Source: Eledone cirrhosa (taxonomy: Eukaryota). From it: a stretch of 64,000 bases of DNA. Below, one piece after another: positions 50,422-64,000 of this stretch. Within the stretch, counting starts at the first letter, position 1; every line of letters begins with the position of its first letter. Below the pieces are notes generated by a model. That model was not told where the DNA came from, did not search any database, and was given only the letters and a program-made list of their open reading frames with translations. The translations under genes and the position numbers were made by a program. Location: the NCBI GenBank assembly GCA_964016885.1, contig OZ024759.1:4650001-4714000 (forward strand). The letters are read 5' to 3'.

Positions 50422-51139
50422 AAGATATATATATACTTTTACGTGTATACATCTGAAAATGTATATATGGATGTAAACATATACGTAAACATACATGTTT
50501 ACATATAGATGGACAGTTATACATATACAATAACTTATTTCTATACATAAATATACCACAAGGCATGGTGCTGCCAACTAACCAGAGCTCCCTCATAATG
50601 GACCAGCTAGATCCCAAAATACAGGCCTGCTAGCCAACACACAGTCCCAATAAGTGCAAACTACAGCGCAGCTATCTGGACTGACTTCTCTTAAGACTAC
50701 TCATTATCCCACTACATCTTTTGTATACTATATATATACTGTATATATACTGTTTATATATATATACACACACACATATAATTGTGTATTCACACATTAT
50801 CTTAGTAATGAAATAATAATTTTAGTAAATTGTTCAAAATTCTTCATTAACCCTTTTGGTAGAAACCCAGCCAAAATAGGTTCTCCTTCTATGGAAATGG
50901 TTCCTATCTAAATTAAAGTCTTCCAACGAAATTCTATATAACAACCATATGTTAAGTTACTATGTTAGTAATTAACTAACAATTGTGATAAATAGCCCAA
51001 CATTATTCATAATTAATTGAAATACAAGGTTCATAATTATAATAAAATCTTCGAATAGGCTACGAAGCCGGTAAACCTTAAAGGTACGCAACACAAACAT
51101 CGTTATAGCGTTTCACCAGGCAATTCCTTCCTCAATCAT

Positions 51140-51615
51140 TACATAGATGTGTGTATGTAATAATTATTTTGTATTGTGTGTCTATTTATGAATATGTATG
51201 TGTAGATGTGTGTGTGTTGTGTGTGTGTAACCCAGTAGATGTGTGTATGTAACACAGTAGATGTGTGTGTATGTAACTCAGCAGATGTGTGTGTATGTAA
51301 CTCAGCAGATGTGCGTGTATGTAACACAGTAGATGTGTGTGTGTGTAACACAGTATATGTATGTGTATGTAACACACTAGATGTGTGTGTATATATAACA
51401 CAGTAGATGTGTATGTAACACAGTAGATGTGTGTATATGTAACACAGTTGATGTGTATATATAACACAGATGTGTATATAACACAGTAGATGTGTATATA
51501 TAACACAGTAGATGTGTATATATAACACAGTAGATGTGTGTGTATGTAACACAGTAGATCTGTGTGTATATAACACAGTAGATGTGTGTATGTAACACAG
51601 TAGATGTGTATGTAA
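51140..51615. repeat. Variable minisatellite, unit about 19-25 bp
   Basis: Unit GTAACACAGTAGATGTGTGTAT. Confidence 0.93.
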
Positions 51616-52476
51616 CTAAAGTGTAACGTACGTTACGAATGGACAACTAAAAGATTTTAACTTGTTTTTTAACAATTGATGGTGGAAACAAATTTAGATT
51701 GTCTCAATTCAGACCATAAAGGGCCGCAACACACGGTGTTTGACACACTTACCGGCTACATAGCCTCGGAGTCTATTTTACTGAGACCAGCTACATATCT
51801 TCTTCCTAAAATCTTCCAACATAATTTTATACAAGAACCACATATTAAGTTACTAATAAAATAATTAATAATTAAAAACTTCAGTAAATCCTTCAAATGA
51901 TATCTCAGTAATGAAATAATTAATAATTGTTATAAATACCTCAAAATTCCTCATTAATTAAACCCAAGACAGGTAAAAACTCCAGAGTCTTTCAATCGGA
52001 CATGAAACAAATTAATTTCTAATGGAAGAAGTAAAGATTGTAAAGTCAGCCAAGGGAGATCACTCTCAGCGACTTATCGTAATTCTTGTTCCTGAATTAA
52101 TCCGGATTAAAATATTCTGGTGTATTTTGTGTGGAGGAAACCGGATTTAGGCGGTGATAGCACGCAATACATGAACGTATGGTTCGTGAGTTCGAATCCC
52201 ATACCGGGTGGTCTGTACGTCGGGGCCTTGAACAAGACACTTTATTTCTCATTGTTTTATTTCACCCAGCTGGCAAAAATAATAAGTTGTAATAATTATA
52301 GTGGAAATGTTGTTACATAGAATTGTCACACTGAATCTCCCTGAGAAGAATGTCAACGGTATACGTGTCAATGAAATACTCAGACACATTATAATATAAG
52401 ATGGGTTCTACATGTATTTCAAAGGGAAGCCATGCCATACGTCTTGCTGAATCTCCCTGAGAACTACGTATATACT

Positions 52477-53190
52477 AGTGACTATCAGACATAGTGTATC
52501 TAGGATTACATTATCTAATGTACAGTACAGTAGTTAGTATTAGTGGCTATAAGACATAGTATATCTAGGACTACATTATCTAATGTACAGTATAGAAATT
52601 AGTATTAATGGCTATCAGACATAGTGTACCTAGGACTACATTATCTAATGTACAGTATAGTGTCTATCAGACATAGTGTATCTAGGACTACATTATCTAA
52701 TGTACAGTATAGTGGCTATCAGACATAGTGTACCTCGGACTACATTATCTAATGTACAGTATAGTGGCTATCAGACATAGTGTATCTAGGACTACATTAT
52801 CTAATGTACAGTATAGTGTCTATCAGACATAGTGTATCTAGGATTACATTATCTAATGTACAGTATAGTAGCTATTAGACATAGTGTACCTAGGACTACA
52901 TTATCTAATGTACAGTATAGTGGCTATCAGACATAGTGTACCTAGGACTACATTGTCTAATGTACAGTATAGTGGCTATCAGACATAGTGTATCTAGGAC
53001 TACATTATATAATGTACAGTATAGTGGCTATCAGACATAGTGTACCTAGGACTACATTATCTAATGTACAGTATAGTGGCTATCAGACATAGTGTACCTA
53101 GGACTACATTATATAATGTACAGTATAGTGGCTATCAGACATAGTGTACCTAGGACTACATTATCTAATGTACTATATAGCAGTTAGTAA
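52477..53190. repeat. 52-bp minisatellite (about 13 copies) directly following a SINE
   Basis: Unit TAGTGGCTATCAGACATAGTGTATCTAGGACTACATTATCTAATGTACAGTA. Confidence 0.95.
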
Positions 53191-53824
53191 TTGTGGCTAT
53201 CATTATTATAGACTTCAAGTCGGTAGAGGGTCAGACGCTATGCTTTCCAGCATAGTTACGTACCTTTACGATCTGAGTTCAAATCCCGCCGAGGTTGACT
53301 TTGTCTTTCATCCTTAGGGGGTCGATAAAATAAAGTACCAGTAATGCACTGGGTAATTGCTGGTCTTGTGCCTAAAGTAGAAACAATTATTATAGACTTC
53401 AAGTAAATCTTTGTCAACTTACCTCATTCACATATAATCAATGTGTTCTGTTGTTAGTTGTAACTAAACAACCAAAGAAATAATCTCTTTGTTATCAAAT
53501 TAAAAGTTTCAAAGATGTTATCAGCTTTATTTCACGACATTAACGTTGGTGTATCTTCTTCATCTTTAGTCATGAATTGATATCTTGTCAGAATGAAGTA
53601 GTGAGGCTGACTTTATGTCTTTAGCTACAGATTTGATAGGAAATATATATATATTAGGTTGATATGTGGTCTAAAATATATATATTGTCTATAAATGACT
53701 GATAGCAGATGTTCTGGTGAAATAGTAGTTTTACTACTACAGATTGTAATGGAACTCTTAGTAGACACAATTGTAAAGTAAGAATAGATATGACAGTGTA
53801 AGACTGATGTCGGGGAAATAAACT

Positions 53825-53861
<37 letters not shown>

Positions 53862-54979
53862 GTTACACAAGATATAATTAGATTAATTAAAGTTATAATT
53901 GTTTCTACTTTAGGCACAAGGCCAGCAATTACCCAGTGCATTACTGGTACTTTATTTTATCGACCCCGTAAGGATGAAAGGCAAAGTCAACCTCGGCAGG
54001 ATTTGAACTCAGATCGTAAAGGGACGTAACTATGCTGGAAAGCATGGCGTCCGACCCTCTACCGATACTGCCAATTCACCGCAATGAAGGCAGCAGGTAC
54101 TCGGTGTCGTTGTGCATGTTTCAACTCTCTTCCTGGTGTCATACGTTAAAAGTCCCTGATATAATTTAATACCTTCAGACACAGTTCCAATCGTTTTTAG
54201 TTTATTGTAAATCAGAAAGTATCACTCAATAAAATATCAATTATATATCAATAAGAAAACCTCTAGGTAGTCTCACTGACTGCTAGAAATAGCAGCGATA
54301 TTACCCATTACAACTGCTCTCTCTCTCTCTATATATATATATACACACATATATGTACGTATGTATGTATATGTGTATATATGTGTATGAATGAGTGTGT
54401 ATGTGTGTATATGTGTACATAGGGTTTTGGTATATGTACGTTTGGTGAACATATGTGTATTTACCTGTAGGTATGTGAGTGTGCGTTCTATACGCATTTA
54501 TGCGTGTATATTTATATATGTATTTATAATTATATGTATATATACACACACAAACATATATTTATATGTGTATTTGGTGCATACAATCGTATGTGTGCGG
54601 GTATATGTGTTGCGCCGGTTTACGTCCGTGCGCGCCTGTTTATGTGTACGTATATGTATATGCATGCATGCCGTGAGTTTTCGCATATGCTCATGTATAA
54701 ATGTGTGTATGTATATATTTAATTATTATTACTTTTATGATTTTAATAACATCTGTCATTTTCGTTCAACTAATTTATTTACATTATTCTGGACTCCAAA
54801 GCCGAGCATCATTCAGTTTCCTTAATAGAATATTAGTCTACGACTCCATTTACACCATAAAGGTGGTTTTGTCTTTACGTGTAATTGTTGTCACCGCTCC
54901 ACATAACGACGTATTATCTTCTTTTTCCCGTTCATTGCCAGGGAATGTCTTCACGAATCAAAGCATAAATTATTTTCCC

Positions 54980-55542
54980 GAGCTGACGTACCCAGCTTCG
55001 CCCGGGTAAACAGATGATAAAAGAAAAGGTCCCTATTTACTCCCTTCACAACTCTGTATGTTAGACTGACAGACAGGCACACAGACAGATAAACTGCGGG
55101 GCGATTGTGGAACGCCGCACGTATACACACATACACGCACACAAACTTACACACGCACCCGTGCACTTACACACACGCACACACTCACACATGTTGATAG
55201 TTTTTACTTTCTGTGGAACGCTGCACGCACGCACACATACATAAACATACGCGCACGTACATACACACGCACACGTGTTAATAGTTATTGCTTTCCTTCC
55301 CCTCTTATTTCCACACACATCACACACACACACACACGTCTCTACACTGACACATATACATAGTGTATCCAACACAGCGTTCACTTTGCCTCTCTCCGCC
55401 TCTAACTCTCTCATTGGCATTATACATATTAATTTAAGTTTGGCGTAGTTGAGGTGGGCGGAGTCGTTTGAAACCTATGAACCAATGATAATCGAGAATT
55501 ATGACACATGGAATATTGACATTGTTGAAATTAATATATAGA
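54980..55542 (-). mobile_element. Non-autonomous Helitron derivative
   Basis: 5' end TCTATATATT at 55542. The body matches 60975-61245. The 3' hairpin ACCCGGGCGAAGCTGGGT is followed by a degenerate CTCG. Confidence 0.75.
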
Positions 55543-58500
55543 CTAGCTGACGTACCTAGCTTCGCCCGGGTAAACAGATGATAAGAGAAGACAGGTAAAA
55601 GAGAAAATGTCTGTATTGGATGTTTGTCTGGTTACAGTGTGAGGCGAGTCCGTGTTGTCTGTGTGATACAAAAAAACAGTAAAAATAATCTTCCAGATAT
55701 ACCAGATTCTTCGTCGTGCGGTTTGTGCATAGTATATGAACAATTCTAGGTGCTCCCACCTAGAATAGTGACCTCTAGGAGATGGTTCCTCTTCTGCCTG
55801 ACTGGAAAACGTGTATCATTGCATAGACGTGGTTGTTCCACGTTTCTCAAAAGGATGATGGAAGTTCCAATCTTTTATATTATATGTAGATATAGATATA
55901 GATAATTAATAAAAAAGATGTCCGTCAATGTAAAGAAGGTCCCTATTTACTTGAAATGGTTTATACAAATGCCAAATTAATATGGATATGGATAACATGC
56001 TTATCTATAAGTGGTCAGCTATAATAATAAAACAACAAATTATATGACACAAAAATTTATTCAGTAATTTCCAGGCTCTTAGCCACTGAGTAATAGACAG
56101 TCAATATTGCCCAGAGTTCAACTCGGGGAGGTGGCCTGGTTTGAACTCAAAATGGCGGATCCTTCTACTTCGAAAATAGAATCGTTTTTCAATATTACTC
56201 TAGCCCTGGCCGGCCATAGGCACCAAACTTTTTGCCAGACTCAGCATATGATGAGGTTTTATTACCACTGCAATCAGAAGCGATAAATTTGAAGGCAATT
56301 TCTACCAATACTTGTTGGTTTTTATTGCTCATTATCGACAATAAATGACATTGGACATAAATGATAACTCTGCCAAAGCTCACAATACAGATGAAAGGAA
56401 ACCAATGTCCGAATCATATACGTCGCTTATTGATAGCTTTAAAGATATGCATACATCAGCTCAAAGCTTCATTATAGACAATATTTAGGTTTGTTACTCT
56501 GTTAGTGGTATCAATTGCAAATTTTATACCATCAGGATCGCACACTCGAGATGCAGCAACATAGAGTTGCCCATGGCTGAATGCTGGATCATTCAAGTAG
56601 ACACCGACTCGCTTGAAAGTCTGTCCCTGTGCCTTGTTGACAGTCATGGAGAAGGCCAAATTGACGGGAAACTGTCTCCTTTGCCAAATAAATAGCAGCA
56701 GATCTTCACTTGGTCTCAGCATGATCCTCGGAATGAGAACCGATTCCTCTCTGCCTGGGAGTTTAGCTTCTAAAACTCTTCCGTTAATCAATCTCTCAAC
56801 AATCAATCTGGTACCATTGCAAAGACCCATTTTATGATTGATATTTCTAAGCAATATAATCGGCAAACCCTTTTTCAACCTCAAAATATGTGGGGGAAAT
56901 CCGGGTATTTGAAGTGAATTCAGATACTCAGTCGGAACATCCATACTGTTCTGCTGATTAGGCTCCATTGCATACGCACTGACGGTCAACCATTCCTCTC
57001 CAGGAAACATTCCGGCTACTTGTGAATTTATTTCATCGACCGTTGTATTCGTATGAGTTAGAATAACATGTTCCGATATCCAGGAGATATTCTGCCAAAA
57101 AGCATTCAAATTAGGGAACACCCAGTCAATCAAGCCTTGGCGGTCCAGTGGCATGACCAAATGGTCTGGGATTCATACAGTCTGATTATCACCAACGTGT
57201 GGCAATTCATCGTTTCCCAACTGCATCAACCATCGGCCGTATGTCTCAGCCTCTTCGTTTTGCCCGAACATAGGAAGTCGCATATTATCGTGTAATCGCA
57301 AAACTCTGAAATGGCCCCACAACGGGGACTTTTTCAGACATGCATCGACAATTTGCGCTCTTTGAGCATTCCTAACAATTGGTAGCACCTGTCTGAAATC
57401 GCCACCAACAACGATAGTCTTACCACTGAATGGCAGGTCACTACCGCAGATATCTCTCAAAGTTCTGTCCAATGCCTCCAGCAAATATCTGTGTGCCATT
57501 GGAGCCTCGTCCCAAATAATCAGAGACGTATTGCGTATAAGGCCCGCGAGTTCACTTTGTCCTGTAATATTACAGACACTCAACTCATCTGGAGCCAATG
57601 GAGCCTTGAAGCATGAGTGGAAGGTCCTTCCACCACTCAGCAAAGTGGCAGCGATGCCCCTGGTGGGCACAGGGAGAGCAATCTTCCTCTGAGCTCTGAC
57701 TGCCGATAACATAGTGTTGAAACAGAATGTCTTTCCGGTGCCTCCTGGAACATCTATGAAAGCACAAAGTTGCTCATTAGTGGAAATCGAGTGGAGAGCG
57801 CCATCGACCAATTCTCTGTGAGATTGGGTCAACATTGGCATACGTTCATCCACAATACGTTGCTGTTCCAGTGGATCAAACTGGAATAGTTCCCTCCGAT
57901 CGAGTGGCAACCGTCTAAGCTGCAATCTCATGTTCAATGCTAAGACACGTTGCCGCATTTCTTCATCAGGAATTGGTAAATTGAAATCTGTTAAACATTT
58001 CAAATGAACTTCGAGCAGTTGCTCAATATTGAGCAAAACAATAGCCTTCATCAAATGTTCATCATAGACCTGAAGATGGTGCCTAAAATCATCAGCCATA
58101 ATTTCCCAATGGCATTCAAATAACTCTCTTGGATCGGCAGGATTGCAGAATCCTAGAATCGTGACAAACAACTGCCATATTCGAGCTGGCATCTGTGTTG
58201 TTCCTGCAGCTTCCATGGCGTTATTCCATTCAGCGTCATCCTGAAGGAGTCCCAGATGCTGACACACAGCCTGGTATCTTTTATATTCCACGCCATTGAT
58301 TGTTTTCAAATCAGCGAAGCTCTGTTTACCTCTCGAAAAATCACTATGCAACAGAATTCGGAGATAAAACACATCACCAGATGCTGGATGGACATTACAA
58401 ACCCGTCCAATAGTCATGAATCTCAACTTTTGTTTTCTATCATTCCATTTCTTTCCCTTCTTATCCCACGTATAGTGCGAAGGGAAATCGCAGTAGAGTT

Positions 58501-61245
58501 GCTTTTGATCCGGGTTCAAAGCATGTTCCCTATTATGCTTGAACCACTCAGTCAATTCCGTCTTAGGAGGTGGTGCGTTAGCAATTCTTTCTATACCTCT
58601 TCTACTGTCCTTAAAACAGACCATTTGCCTATTCTCTAAGTGAACCGTCAGTTTCTGAACGCTGTGTTTGCGTTCATTGAGATTAAAATCGAACAATCTC
58701 CAGCAAGCTTCGCTAGATCCAATCGAGCGAACATCCTGGAACCTGCCAACTTCATCTCCTTGGTTCGCTTCCTCATTCCTGACATTCATCATTGCCCCAT
58801 CATGACCTTTGTAAACATACTTGAATAGATATTTGCAAGCTTTCACTGAGCTACAAATTTCCACATTAATATGACAACGATATTTCATAATCAAATATGG
58901 ATTGTATGGCACAACCCATTGATTTGTAACCTGTCGACCGTTTACATTTTCGACCAAACCGCCATCGGCAGGCGACCGTCTTCTGTATGAGGGATGAGCA
59001 TCCCCATCATTCCAGGAAGTGTTCGTGACAAAAGATTTCAGAAAGTGCTTACTGCATTGGCCATTTTTCATGCAAGGCGCTTTCCGATTTGCCACTCCGC
59101 ATTGGTTGTGCACCATTGACTTTGCCACCAAGTTGCATAGTGCCTCATTCTCCGGCAGTTCAGCACACACAATGCTGTCGACATCCTCAGCACATCACAA
59201 TTTGCTATGTCTATGTAAAATGATCAGCAAATGTGCATGTGGCAATCCTCTTTTTTGGAATTCAATTACGTATGTAAAAGCAACTATACCTCCAAAGATT
59301 CCCTCTTTTTCCACATCATCCATTATCTTTTTCAGATATCCTTTGAATACTCTTGCCACAATATCAGGACGGTCCTTTGGCTGTTGTCCTGGCAAAAGTG
59401 CATCCTTAATATCAGTCCATTCAGGATTGCATGTAACAGTTATAAACAAATCTGGCTTTCCAAACTTTCTGACAATAGCCATTGCATCCTGATAGCGAAT
59501 GTTCATATATCTCGGGCCGCCGATGAACGACGATGGCAAAATGATGCGTCGACCAATTTGCTTGTAATTGGCATCATCGGCTGTTATCGCATCCTGTATA
59601 TTATTATACAATTCAGCTCTGATATGTTGCTGATGTGTAGCTATATAATTTAGCCTTTGATTTTCGATCTTTGCGTATGCCATACAACAGTATTCCTGGA
59701 ACAATCTGCTGGCTTGAAATAGCGCATTTCTCTGTTGATTCCTCTCGTTCAAATGGAACGCGTAAAAGTCGCGAATCGAATTATTGTGTCTATTGCCACC
59801 TCCCTGTTGATGCTGATTCTCATGATCATCTAAATGAACAGACATGTTCCATCCATTTTCACCTTTTGGGAATAAAAGAACATAATGCAATGGATGGTAT
59901 GTCCTATTTGACTCATTGATAGTGTTGAGACCACCATCTCTGCGATTGAGGGCGATATCTCTCGATCCAGGCTTATCGTCCATCAACACAGCAACTTCAC
60001 GAAATCCTTCGGGGGCATTATATCGCCGTTCGTGTTGATTCCTTGGCACTGCGTCAGCCTTAATCACCAATGTTTGTTGCTGAACATTCTGCAGTTCAGC
60101 CACCAACATGAAATCCATAACATAAGGATTACACTGTCTAAGCCATGATTGCAAATCATGGATCAAATCACTTAACCTTTGCCGTTCAAGTTCAGTTATA
60201 TTTCCCGGCAACTTCATCCAACCGATCCTGATATCCTCCTCCGATTCACTATAATCTGGATTGTTAACGTAAATTTGAGCGAATCAAGGCCTCTCTCCTG
60301 GGGTAACTTCTAAATTATCGATACAATGATACAAACGGCATTGAATGACGACATTCGGTTGCCATGCTCCACTCTCAAACATCTCACTAACTCTCTGCGA
60401 TGCTAAAGCTAATAAATTGTTAATTTGCCGCGAATATTTGCGCAGTAATCTACCTCGGTCTCATTGATCACCCCACATACTTAGTATTTTAAACTCCGGT
60501 GACTCCCCATCATCCGGCATTCGCAAAGGTTCTAGTTGAACTGCTCCTTTGTGACAGCACATTGTGGTCCACGTCTTTTCGTGCCACCAAAGCAATGCTC
60601 CACAATGTGGAGACCCTGGTCGTCCACCAATCTGACAGTGACACGGTTGCCATGATCCATTTTTAATATCATTCGTTCGCCTCTTTACTGGAATGAGGAG
60701 CACTTTGCGACACATTCCCTGAACTTCTGTAATGCGCTGGCGCTGTTCAGCCAGCTCCTCTTCATCCACCGGAGCACGCCATTGCTGCTGAATTCTGGCC
60801 ACCTGCTGATGATGCTCAGCCAGTTCGTTTTTCAACCATCGCAGCACTCCGTCGCCGCTGTAGTTCACTGTTTGATAAAGTCGAATTGCTTTTCTTATCA
60901 GTATTCATTTGGAGCAATTGTAAAAAAAAATGACACAATAATAAATATAAAAGATGTCCGTCAATGTAAAGAAATGTCCCTATTTACTCCCTTCACAACT
61001 CTGTGTATGACAGACAGGCACACAGACAGATAAACTGCGCGGCGATTGTGGAACGTCACACGCATACACGCATGGAAACGCGCACACGCACACACTCACA
61101 CATGTTGATAGTTTTTACTTTCTGTGGAACACTGCACGCACGCACACACACATAAACATACGCGCACATACATACACACGCATACATGTTAATAGTTATT
61201 GAACACAGTGTTCACACTCTCCCCTCTCACTCCCTCATTGGCATT
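55543..61245 (-). mobile_element. Helitron of autonomous type, inactivated; 5' part interrupted by an RTE
   Basis: 3' hairpin ACCCGGGCGAAGCTAGGT and CTAG at 55543, plus an internal RepHel coding region. Confidence 0.88.
56456..60868 (-). pseudogene. Helitron Rep/Helicase (HUH endonuclease and PIF1-like SF1 helicase) with four in-frame TGA stops
   Basis: Motifs HCGA..CC, PDLFITVTCNP, EFQKRGLPHAH, KYLFKYVYKG, GGTGKT, DEAPM, GDFRQ, KAQGQT and FSHGQLYVAASRV, all in one frame. Confidence 0.93.
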
Positions 61246-64000
61246 CATCATCATCATCATCATTATCATTTTACGTCCGCTTTTCCCTGCTTGCAAGGGT
61301 GGGACGGGTCTTATTCAGCACAGCATCTCTCCACTCGTCACGGTCCCTCGTCATCTCCACCGTGAGCTTCAATGATCTGAGGTCTGTTCTCACCACCTCC
61401 GCCCATGTTTTTCGTGGTCTACCTCTACTACGTCTTCCTTCAACTGGCATTTCCTGGCACTTCTTCACCCATCGGTCATCCTCCATGCGCATCACATGTC
61501 CATACCACCTCAGTCTCCTCTCCCGTACACTACATTCTATCCCTCTCAGACACAGTTTCTCTCTCAACACATTTATGCTGGGTCGTTCACGCACATTTAC
61601 ACTGCACATCCAACGGAGCATGCTTGCCTCATTTCTCTCCAACCGTCGCATATCTTCTGCGGTAGCTGCCCATGTCTCACTACCATGCAGCATCGCGCTC
61701 CTCACACAGGCATCATACAACCGGCCTTTCGTATGCAGGGAGAAACCCTTCTTCGTCAACAGAGGAAGCAGCTCCCTAAACTTCTTCCAACCCGTCCTTA
61801 TTCTAGATACTATGGCCTCGGAACACCCTCCTCCCATGCTAATCTGATCTCCTAGGTACCGGAAGCTATCCACCACTTCTATAGCGCCCTCTCGCATTTG
61901 AAAAATGTGTCTATCAGTGCGACTTCTACTGTCTAATTTCCCTGTACATCTACTGCATACATATTTCTCCCTACCTGTTAGTTTGCCTGCTATCCCGCTA
62001 CATCTCTTGTGTACCCAGGACCTACATTGTGTGCATTTTATAGAATTTATGCCAGTTCCTTTTCTGCATATCGAACATGGCCATTTCCCTGACGGAATCA
62101 GGGTTTTGTCCTCTTTTCTACTCATCAACACTTTTGTCTTAGCTAGATTTACTCTCAGTCCTCTTGCTTCCAACTGCTGTTTCCATAGCCGGAATTTATT
62201 CTCTAGCTCCTCTACTGATTCTGCCATAAGAGCCAGATCGTCAGCATAGAGAAGTTCCCATGGACAGCCAGTCTTAAACTCCTCTGTTATGGCTTGGAGG
62301 ACTATAATGAACAAGAGCGGGCTGAGGACCGAACCCTGATGTACTCCTACTTGTATCTGGAATTCCTCACTAAACTCCATTCCTACCCTGACTTTACTGA
62401 GAGTACCTCTGTACAAAGTTTGCACTGTCCTTACAAGCCATTCTTCAACACCCAGCTTCCTTAGGGACCACCAGATGACAGATCGGGGTACCCTATCAAA
62501 GGCCTTCTCTAGGTCAACAAAGGCCAAGTATAGTGGCTTATTCTTCTCTAAGAACCTCTCTTGCATTTGTCTCACCAAGAAGAGGGCATCTGTTGTACTC
62601 TTCCCAGGCACAAAACCAAACTGCATCTCATCTAGTTTGACCCTTTCTCTAATTAGTTGTGCTAAAATCCTTTCTGCCACTTTCATAACCTGATCTATCA
62701 GTTTTATACCCCTATAATTGCTCCTCTCCAAAGCATCCCCTTTACCTTTGTAGCAATTTATGAGAATACTGCTGCACCAGTCTTTGGGTATGACACCACC
62801 ATATATAGCCTGATTGATTATGCGTGCAACCAGTTTAGTGCCTACGTCCCCTGATGCCTTCAGCATCTCAGCAACTATTCCCGATGGTCCGGCCGCCTTA
62901 CCATTTTTCATTTCCCTAATCGCCTCTTGGACCCTATATTCGTCAATCTCAATAGCTGGTCCCTCTGTCGGATCTACCAAGGGTAATTTCTCTCTCTCCC
63001 ATTCGTTCTCCACATTCATCAGTCTCTCATAATGGCATTTCCAGGCCTCCTTTTTCTGGTCATTCGTGACACTAAGTACACCGGCATCATCCCGGACACA
63101 TTTATCACCAACAACATCCTGATTTGCATTGACACACTGCCTTGCAATGTGGAACACCGCACGCCTCTGATCTTCCCGTCGCAGAACATTGGCAAACCTC
63201 CTACTCTCTGCCTCCCTGCGTGCTAAGTACACCTGACGTCTAGCTTCTCTCTTAGTGGCTGTATATTCTTCCCTACTCCCACCCTTATTCCAAGCCTTCC
63301 ATGCTAGTCTTTTGTCTCTAATAGCCTTATCTACACTGCTGTTCCACCACCAGGTCACTCTCTGTCTGGTTGGGGCTCTGCTCCAGCCACAAGTTTCATC
63401 AGTAGCCTTCAGCAAGTTGTCACGTAAGAACTTCCAGTTATTATCTATGTCATACGTCTCTAAATCGTCTTCTTTTTCGTCATATACATCTTGAAGGGCT
63501 TTCCTAAATTTGAATTTTAGTGAAAGGTCTTTTAGCTTCCAGACCTTTCTTCTCCACACCTTCCTATATGGCTCATTCCATCTCTTGCTTACTGAGATAT
63601 CACTAACAACTAACCTATGCTGTGGGGTACATTCTTCCCCAGGGTATGCCTTGGTATTAGACACTATCTGCCTGTCCCGCTGCCTAACTAGCAGGAAGTC
63701 AATCTGGCTTATGTGCTCACCAGATTTGTAGGTTATTAGGTGATTGGCAGGTTTCTGGAAGTTTGTGTTGCAAATAGTCAATGTACTTGCATCACAAAAT
63801 TCAAGAAGTCTCACTCCTTCTTCATTTCTTGAACCGTAACCATGCCCACCATGTACCCCAGTGTAACCATCCTGGAGCTGTCCAACATGACCATTGAAGT
63901 CTCCTGCTAGCATAACGATGTCTCCGTCCTCTGTCATTGTGGTTGTTTGCAAAAGTTGCTCATAAAAGCAGTCTTTCTCATCTTTGCCTAGGCCTGCTTG
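61246..64000 (-). mobile_element. Young RTE LINE with an intact ORF running off the window end (APE, RT, PHD-like finger)
   Basis: The frame is open from 64000 to 61271, with GDFNGH, SQIDF, DLEKAFD, HQGSVLSP, LLYADD and FRYLG. The (GAT)n tail is at 61246-61270. Confidence 0.95.

Noticed and set aside
51085-51140. Minus-strand TTGAGGA...GAAAC as another hammerhead
   Set aside because: U3 with G8 is not compensated, and stems I and III do not pair convincingly.

Overview
Repeat-dense animal genomic DNA. A coleoid cephalopod such as Octopus is inferred from the [12 protein letters not shown]-type C2H2 fingers, the SINE cores and the RTE load. One host gene is recognisable on the minus strand, as eight phase-1 exons between 24515 and 1774. 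They encode a putative Cys-containing module, an EGF repeat, an F-type lectin (FTP) domain split over two exons, and four more EGF repeats. Several exons look damaged. A decayed C2H2 zinc-finger exon lies at about 41.1-42.2 kb (+). The rest is transposable elements and tandem repeats: an apparently intact L1/Tx1-like LINE, several RTE LINEs carrying a PHD-type finger, a gag-deleted Gypsy element, a Helitron RepHel broken only by in-frame TGA stops, TTAA/hAT/Tc1 MITEs, many SINEs and minisatellites. The most unusual signal is about 11 type I hammerhead-ribozyme-like motifs in short non-coding elements near (TA)n tracts. Several have very long or branched stem II, self-complementary stem III loops, head-to-head palindromic duplication, or a U3-A8 core variant. 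This points to Penelope-like or retrozyme families. All coordinates and pairings were read by eye, and element boundaries are approximate.
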